DNA from: Peribolospora baueri
Taxonomy: Eukaryota
Reading direction: 5' to 3'
DNA length: 60,325 nucleotides
Assembly: GCA_029717555.1 (NCBI GenBank)
Contig: JAMDHS010000043.1
Location: 124,001-184,325 of the forward strand
Shown here: piece after piece, positions 53,384-60,325 of the stretch
Layout: the number at the start of each line of letters is the position of its first letter
Position numbering within the stretch: position 1 is the first letter of the stretch
The notes under the pieces: model-generated
Told to the model about the DNA's origin: nothing
What the model saw: only the letters and a program-made list of their open reading frames with translations
Database searches by the model: none
Made by a program: the position numbers and the translations under genes

Positions 53384-54821
53384 TCATCTTCTCAAATGCT
53401 CTCCTCGCATCTCACCGTCATCGTCATCGCCATGGAACACATGAGTGTAATCTAGTGTAGATTTATCGAAACACACATCAGCAAACAAGGTTACCATATC
53501 CCTTTCCCTCGTCGTTGCTGTGTCCTCATTGGGGGGTACGGTGATGATGAACGAGGGGGAAACGAGAGAGCTATGAAGTGCGATAGGCCCGGCTCTTCGG
53601 TCTCCCCCCGTCCGACATTTTGAGTGACTTTGAAGTTCCAGAATAATCTTTTCGGAGTACCCAGCACAAAAGGCACCTGGATCAACAGATCTTGGCGAAG
53701 CCCAAGTGCAAGATGTCGGCGACGCTAGATGCCCAGGACGTAAGGGCCTGCCGACACTCGTGGCCGAAGCGGTGAGTGGTGATGCGCCCATAGTGAGCTG
53801 ATGTCAACAGGAAGGGGGTGCTGAGTGAAGTCGCAGGAGCTTTCTCACTAGACCAGACCGTTTGCTAGCACTTGCAAGTCAGTCGTGGTCGATCCTCTTT
53901 CAAGCGCTACATATGCCGGTGCACCCTCGAGCGGGAAAGCCAAGCTCCGGAGGGAATGAGGTCGGTCATAGCGCCCAGACAAGTGGCGAGGCTGCCATAG
54001 GTCTCGCAACTGTTGGAAATGAAGACATCAGCGTCGTGCAGAATGCAGGTAGCACGATCAGAAAAGCTTGTGCTCCTCGTTTGAACTGGTTGCAACAGCC
54101 ATGTCGTAGTATCACCCGTAGACTTTGCTAGCGCACGGACGTCTTTAGTGGACAGGATCTTGATGGTAGAAGGGGTTGCGAACGCGTGCAGGCTAGCAGG
54201 ACGTCATATGAAAGAAGCAACTACGCTTTTCTTGACCCCACTTGACGTCCTTATGGCAAATCCCAGACCATCGAAGGGAGTATTACCCTGGCGAAGAGAA
54301 CGATTGAGGTTATCTGCAAATGGTGTATTGTAGTCGTCGATTTCTACCCTCCGTAAAGCTGCAAGGGCTTCTCGAGCTGATAGGAGCGCGAGGACGTCTT
54401 TGTGGGTTCGGACGAGCACGAGATCTCCCTGATCTTATAGCTCCGTTGCGAGCATAGACGGTGCTACCGCCTACAAGAAGCCCGACTAGCCGGTGGCGGT
54501 GATTGACTGAACCTCGCGAACGTCTCAAGATGGACGTGCATCAACAGTTATGTCGACGAAAGGGGCTGAAGAGGTATCCGGAACTAGCCGCATGGAAGCC
54601 GGTCTTTGTTTCGTATTAGTCCCATTCAAGGGCAGTGGCATCTCTAAGGTCGAGGCAAGGAGGGGGTCTAAAGAACGATGCGAGGGTGAGACAGAAGTCA
54701 AAAGATTTATAGCCTCTGAAAGGAAGACATGCGCTTTCATACTCATCACTGTTAGTGATGACAAGTCCTTGACATGTGGACCTAAGTTTAAGGAGTGCAG
54801 GTTTGAGCGGCACGGCCTCAT
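53384..54821 (-). pseudogene. Decayed intronless gene of unknown family (possibly nucleotidyl-/phosphotransferase-like)
   Basis: ORF fragments 54525-54821, 54204-54419 and 53907-54095 share one frame and read as globular protein across several TAG/TAA/TGA stops. A further piece (53384-53791) is frameshifted. Confidence 0.5.
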
Positions 54822-55007
54822 TCACACGAGCAGATCGACAATTGAAGTTTTTGTCTTCCTATTTATGCCGGCACGGATATGTAAGGTTTAGCGAGCTCGC
54901 CACTCAACCTTATTATAATCGAGCCCACTCCCTTTGGTATTCTTCCACGAAAATCAGATCATCCGTATTAACTCCCGCCTTCCTCATTCCCTCTTCACAT
55001 CTCCTCA

Positions 55008-56302
55008 GATGCCGTTAAAGCCCAACGCTCAGTCTATGGACATGTCTGACCACGCTCGCCTCACTATCTCCCTTTCTGGCCCGGACCACATCGGCAAGAC
55101 AACCATCCTCAGTCTCTTTCCCCGTTCATGGCCTCTGACTCATTTCGGGGACATCCATCTCTATGATGAAGAGATGAATGGGATGATCAATGACGGCTCT
55201 TTCAACACGTGGTGGTTCGGTCAGAAGGTCGAAGGAGGACCAGAGTTGCGTGTTGGAGCGGACGATAAAGAGTTTGTTCAGACAATCCTGCGAGCCTGCT
55301 CAGCTCGCAAAATGTTTCAAGACGGAAGAAGGTAGCCCCAAACCCATCCAAGTCGGAGGTCAGATTTTGTCGCTGTCCGGCAGTGTTTTCGACCGCTCCT
55401 CCCTTATGTTCGAAGCGGACTGCGTCACACATATCGCCATCCGCAACTCGATTGACTTGGACGAGGCAGAGAAGCGACTTGGCGGCATTCTTGCAGACAT
55501 GGGCGGAGCCTTTCCTGCAGAGCACATTTGTTTCCTTTTGCGCTAAGAGGGGAGTATAGAAAGCGCAGTGGAGTGGTGCCTGGAGGCGGAAGGACGCTAT
55601 AAACCCGTCACTCCCATTTACCGCCAGTACCAAAGGCTGCTTCATGAAGCTCTTGAGCGTCAGGTCATCGCTGGCCGCTACACGGCGGTTATTCTCCGCA
55701 GGGACGGCGAAACGTTCATTGAGACGCTGTCCAAGGTTACTAAGGCCCTTCAGGGTCTATGCGGCGCGGAACATCCGTGGAAACCCTTGCTCCACAACCT
55801 GCGCTGCTGTCCAGCCTTCGGCGGCCTCTCCGAATGCGGTAAGTCGACGGTGGCTACGAATACCGTCTCGAAGGCCTTTGTCGCCACGGGCGGAGGCGCC
55901 TTTCGTCTCAAGATGGGCTACCTGCTTGAGCTAGCCGGAAAACGGCTGAATCGCGATATCTACGAGCTGCCTGAGAACGAGCGGGCCCTCGAATTCGTAC
56001 GCGAGCTCGACCAGTTCTCGCGCTGGCATCGCTGGGTCCAAGTGATCACGCTCGAGAGCTTGCACGACTACAAGTTCACTCGTCGCGTACGCGAGCTGAT
56101 CGGCCATGGCGTTCCCGGCAAGCTGCGTCGGAGCCGCACCGAGGCCGAGGGCAAGTCATTTGACATTTCCAAGGACGATGTGAAGATGTCGCGCGGAGCG
56201 GACAAGATCCGCGACATTGCCGACCTCGCCGTCGACAATTCGGGATCATTCCAAGATACCTGCGATGAGGTCTATCGCGTCGTGTCCCGCTATGGCATGT
56301 AG
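55008..56302 (+). pseudogene. Tandem (double) P-loop NMP-kinase-like protein with an in-frame stop
   Basis: Walker A ISLSGPDHIGKTT followed by VFDR (thymidylate-kinase-like); second Walker A FGGLSECGKST with ADLAVDNSG (dephospho-CoA-kinase-like). TAA at 55544-55546 is in frame. Frameshift or weak 52-nt intron at 55332-55383. Confidence 0.7.
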
Positions 56303-56762
56303 TTCCATTCTCCTGTCGAAGTCACTAAGTATCGCAAAGTGAGATGCACGCTTCGATGCTCTCGTGTGCTGAAATTGTTACAGAAAGGACGGGGACAGCT
56401 GGAAGCCGTCTGGAAGATATGAATTGGTATGAAAATAGATTATTCTGATCCAGGTGTCCCCTCCCTCCTCCAATGAGGGCTCGGAGGGCTGCTTTTATAC
56501 TTGATGACAGGAGGGAGACCACAGGGACAGAAAAGAGGTGACGGAATGGACAATGGAGGGAAGACAAAGGATGAGGAGGTGTCGTATTGGATTGGAAAAG
56601 GCATCGGTGCATAGTAGAAAGGCTGTCCTCCATCGATCCTTCATCCGCGTGAGGATTTGATAGCATCGAAGGCGTGAGCGCAGGCCGCCTCGTCCTCGGA
56701 TACGAGGGTGTTATTTACGAGTCCAGTCCGGCGCACCAGCGTGTGCCATCAGTTGTGCTATG

Positions 56763-56924
56763 TCAACAGACCTGGCAGCACTCGACCTCTGCACAGCAGG
56801 TATATCCTGGAGGACACCCGCTAGTACAGTCTCCAGCCAAACACCCTGACGTACGGGGGTGGAAGCCCAACCTGTCTTGCGTAAGCGCAAACGAGGCTAG
56901 ACCCAAAACGTATCGAAAGTTCAT
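56763..56924 (-). CDS. Candidate small secreted cysteine-rich peptide (53 aa, 8 Cys)
   Basis: MNFRYVLGLASFALTQDRLGFHPRTSGCLAGDCTSGCPPGYTCCAEVECCQVC*; shorter than the ORF-track cutoff. Confidence 0.4.
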   Translation of the reverse strand: MNFRYVLGLASFALTQDRLGFHPRTSGCLAGDCTSGCPPGYTCCAEVECCQVC

Positions 56925-57167
56925 CGTACCGACGTTGGCGAGTCACTGAGACTGTATTGATGAAGAACGTTAAGCGGCGTAAAGCGATGACGGACTGGTG
57001 AGTCAGAACGAAGTGGCCATTCCAACCGGGAATGCGAGCGGACGGGCGACTTAAGTACCAGGGGTTCCGTGCGAGCCCCGCACTCGACGGACACAGCCAT
57101 AGTTCGATAGCGTGCGCCTTGTCAGGTCGGAGGGCCAATCAGAGCCATTACGTTGCACTCCCTCCCA

Positions 57168-57428
57168 TGTAAGCGTTACGAGAGCTGGAATACCGGCGCA
57201 AGAGCATGAGGCAGAGGCGGTCACCGCAGAGATATGAGACGTAGGTGGCCGGGATCGCCGGCGGAAAGGGCAGGACGAAAAACGCGTGAGGATGCGAAGA
57301 ACGTGGAATATGCGAGTCGGTCTGTTGCCATTTCTGGACCGCACGGTTGCTGCCTGCTTCTCTGAACGTGCAAGCGTTACGCGGTGTCGCGAATAACGTC
57401 GTCGTACATGAACTAGAGCCGTGTTACA
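57168..57428. mobile_element. Solo-LTR-like element (261 bp)
   Basis: Bounded by TGTAAG...GTGTTACA; its right end is the reverse complement of the TGTAACACGGC start of the downstream LTR. No TSD seen. Confidence 0.5.
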
Positions 57429-57459
57429 TATAGGACAGCACTGCTGAAGAGAGCCTTGC

Positions 57460-58632
57460 ATTGAGAACGGCACGCACCGAGTTCGACATCGGCGAAACTC
57501 ATGCAGGGTGCCTCGCATTGATGGAACCATGTTTGAGCGAGACGTGCGCAAGTCCGTGGCAGAGTGCGACACGTGTCAGCGCACCAAAGCCAGCAACCAC
57601 AAGCCTTGTGGACCCTTGCAGCCGTTGCCGACTTCATCGCGACCCTGGGAGGTCTATCAGCGTCGATTTTATCACTGATCTTCCCATGTCTAGCGGTCTA
57701 CACGGCGTTCCTAGCTCCATTGTGTCAGATAGGGATGGACGGCTTAATTCTCCTTTTTGGCAAGAACTATTCGGTCTCCTAGGTACCAAGTTCAAGATGT
57801 CCACCGCTTTCCACCCTCAAACGGATGGTCAAACCGAGCGGACCAACCGTACCCTAGAACAAGTCTTCCAGGCGTACTGAAACTTCGAGCAAGACAATTT
57901 GACCACTCTCTTGCCGCTCGTAACCTTTGCTATCAACAACACCGAGTCTGCCTCGTCCAAGGTCTCTCCTTTACTTTGCCAATTTCGGCTACCAACCCCC
58001 AAGTCCCATCTACTATCAGTAAATCGTTGTCCTAGAACCCACCGGCCCAGGACTTTGCCACCAGCCTTAAGGAGACACACGCACCCGCGTTTCTCAGCAA
58101 CTCCAAGCGGCTTAAGTCCGCCAAGCGACCGCCGCTAATCGGCATCGCCAAAACCACCCGTTCAAAGTTGGCGATTACGTCATGTTGTCTACCGAGAACA
58201 TCAAGACCAAGCGTCCCTCTGCCAAGTTGGACTACAACTTGATCGGTCCTTTCAAGATTATTCGTGCAGTTAACCCCGTCGCCTTCGAACTCGACCTCCC
58301 AATATCCCTGTCTCGCCTTCACCCAGTCTTTCACAACTCCTTGCTCAAGCCTTACCGAGGCCCCGTCAACCGATCTCAACCTCCTGATCCCGTTTTAGCT
58401 GATGACGGCGAGCCAGAGTATGAAAGTTGAAGCTCTTCTGGACCGCCGCGGCTCCGGTAATTCGTCGTGAATACCTTGTTCAAGTGGCGCGGTTACCCAC
58501 TTTGGGAAGTCAGGTGGGAACCCCTCAAGAATCTTGTCCACTCTTGCGATCTCGTCCACGGTTACGACCGAGCTCATCCTGCATTGACTGATCTTGACGC
58601 TTCGAGGACGAAGCGTCCTAGGAGGAGGGCAA
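57460..58632 (+). mobile_element. Degenerate Ty3/Gypsy chromovirus pol 3' end (integrase + chromodomain)
   Basis: [70 protein letters not shown], chromodomain EVEALL..KWRGY..WEPLKNL. Contains stops, frameshifts and an internal deletion. Confidence 0.93.
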
Positions 58633-58977
58633 TGTAACACGGCGCCGTCGGGCGGGCCCCAGCTGTCGCGTCGTCGCGTGCTTCTGAAAGCCCGGCTATT
58701 CCCATGTTCCTCCGCGTTTTCCCCCAACACCACCGCTGCCGTCGCCGCCTCCCGACGATGTTGATCTTGAAAAACAGACCTCCATAACCTTAGTTTTCCA
58801 ATTCCCTAGCTTCCTAAGTCCTGGTGCCCAGTCCTAGTTCCTTGCCCTTGCTCTCTAGTCCTTGAACCCTTGAAACCTTATTTTTTCCCTTGTCCTTGCG
58901 ACCTTGTCCTTGTTGCCCACATCGTACACGGCAACTGGCGCATTTTTCATCACATCGCGCCGACCACTCGTGTTACA
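58633..58977 (+). mobile_element. 3' LTR (345 bp) of the chromovirus remnant
   Basis: Preceded by the polypurine tract AGGAGGAGGGCAA; 9-bp terminal inverted repeat TGTAACACG...CGTGTTACA. Confidence 0.88.
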
Positions 58978-60293
58978 GAACGAGGAGGAGGAGGAGGAGT
59001 GCCGACATTCTCAGGAGGGGCCATGTTGTCATTCGCAGGATCAGAGTGCATGGACATATATGTGAGAAAGTTGCCTTGGTTCCTTGAGGTGAAGATACAT
59101 CTGGGGTGGGGGCACCTAAAAGTGGGCACGCCCGTTATGCCGGGTGATGATGACAGTGGGAGAGTCTCTTTCGCTCCAACGACCCTGTATGGAGTAAAGA
59201 GTGGGTGGATGGAATGAATGCAATGAAGGATGGTCGTCAGTGGAATCCAGATCTCAGCGGCTGGCTGGCTAGTAAATGGAGGACGCCCACCCTGGATCTG
59301 CATGGCATGATGTTTCAAGTAGTGCTTTTTTGCTTTTTGAGGCTACGACGAGACCCGAAGTGTTGTAGACAAGAGAGACACTTGAGGACGAGTGGGAGAT
59401 GGCTTTGGTAGGGGAGGCATGACGAGGGCGAGTCAAAGTCAAGAAGTAGGCAGAGTAGGCAGACGTTCAATCAAAAGACAAAAAGGGGGCAACCGATGTC
59501 GATTTGATGAAAGAGGAGGAGGAGGAGGAGGAGGGACAGAACGGCTTCGGTCAGTCGGTCACCTCATTTCCTTTGATACCGACTGCCGAAAGCCAGTTCC
59601 CCATTGTCCATGTCCATTTTCCCATTTGTCCTGGTGGATAAGAGGGCTGAATGAACAGACGGAAGGTGATGGTGTATTGAAAAACAAGCCAAGACGATGT
59701 CGTCGGCACAGACGACCGAGTTGGCCCCATCAAACTGAGAGACCGCGGCTTTCTTCCTTCGAGCTCAACAAGATGGATGGTGAGCGACTTTTTGGAGTGA
59801 CTGGATTGGTCGGCGGTACTGCGGCGCGAGCTATCGACCGAGCTCCAGGCTGGAACCTGGGACGAGGTTGGCATGTCCAGAGTGACCCCATGCAAGTGGT
59901 ATGTGATCGGACGCGCTTACAAGCGTGGGAACGTGAGGCTAACTCTTTTTAAGTTTTCGGAGAGCGATTCGGCGTGCAGCGGACGGACGGCGGGTGGGCG
60001 ACTAGAGGTATACTCGTAGGCGCGTCTCCGCTCGCTTTCACCGCGGCTGTGGTAAATCGGAGATATGCACGTCGGCGTTGCCGGGCGAGGGGGTTCCTAG
60101 CAAGCAAGCGGTCTAAGGGGGTCTGAGGGGGCGGAAGTGGAACGACTGGCTGGGCGATCAAGTTTATTTGAGCGAGCGCGGGCGGGCGGCGTCGCGGCGG
60201 CGGTTGGGCGATGGCTGTCGTGCGAGGGCCGTTGCGCTTCCTCCGTGCTCCTCCTCGCTTCTAAGCGAGCATACGTTGGCGCATACGGTCCCT

Positions 60294-60295
<2 letters not shown>

Positions 60296-60324
<29 letters not shown>
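60296..60324 (-). repeat. T29 homopolymer (poly(A) on the minus strand)
   Basis: 29 consecutive T at the window end; possibly the tail of a retroelement lying to the right. Confidence 0.7.
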
Positions 60325-60325
60325 G

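Noticed and set aside
47266..55546. Stop-codon reassignment suggested by in-frame TAA at 47266 and 55544
   Set aside because: No conserved housekeeping gene here has internal stops, and the decayed genes contain all three stop types plus frameshifts.

Overview
GC-rich, intron-rich fungal genomic DNA; splice signals and gene content point to a basidiomycete (yeast-like). Left to right: a >1660-codon intronless low-complexity ORF running off the left edge; an intronic snR79-like box C/D snoRNA just upstream of an RluA-family pseudouridine synthase; a YPR011C-like mitochondrial carrier with tandem 7- and 12-nt microexons; a decayed SRA-like/Cys-cluster (AlkB-associated) gene; a ~3000-aa Bem2-like RasGEF/PH/RhoGAP; a frameshifted BBE-like FAD oxidoreductase next to an intron-rich but strikingly bacterial (MobA-type) aromatic monooxygenase; then SLD3, a PDK/BCKDK kinase, an SCCPDH-like reductase, PMT1, and a divergent FAR-like reductase / DHA2 MFS pair. 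The last ~7 kb is an accessory or decay zone: a pseudogenised divergent pair including a twin P-loop kinase, a small Cys-rich peptide ORF, a chromovirus (Ty3/Gypsy) remnant with LTRs, and a terminal T29 run. All calls come from manual translation and recalled motifs; no database searches were run. Outer CDS coordinates include introns.
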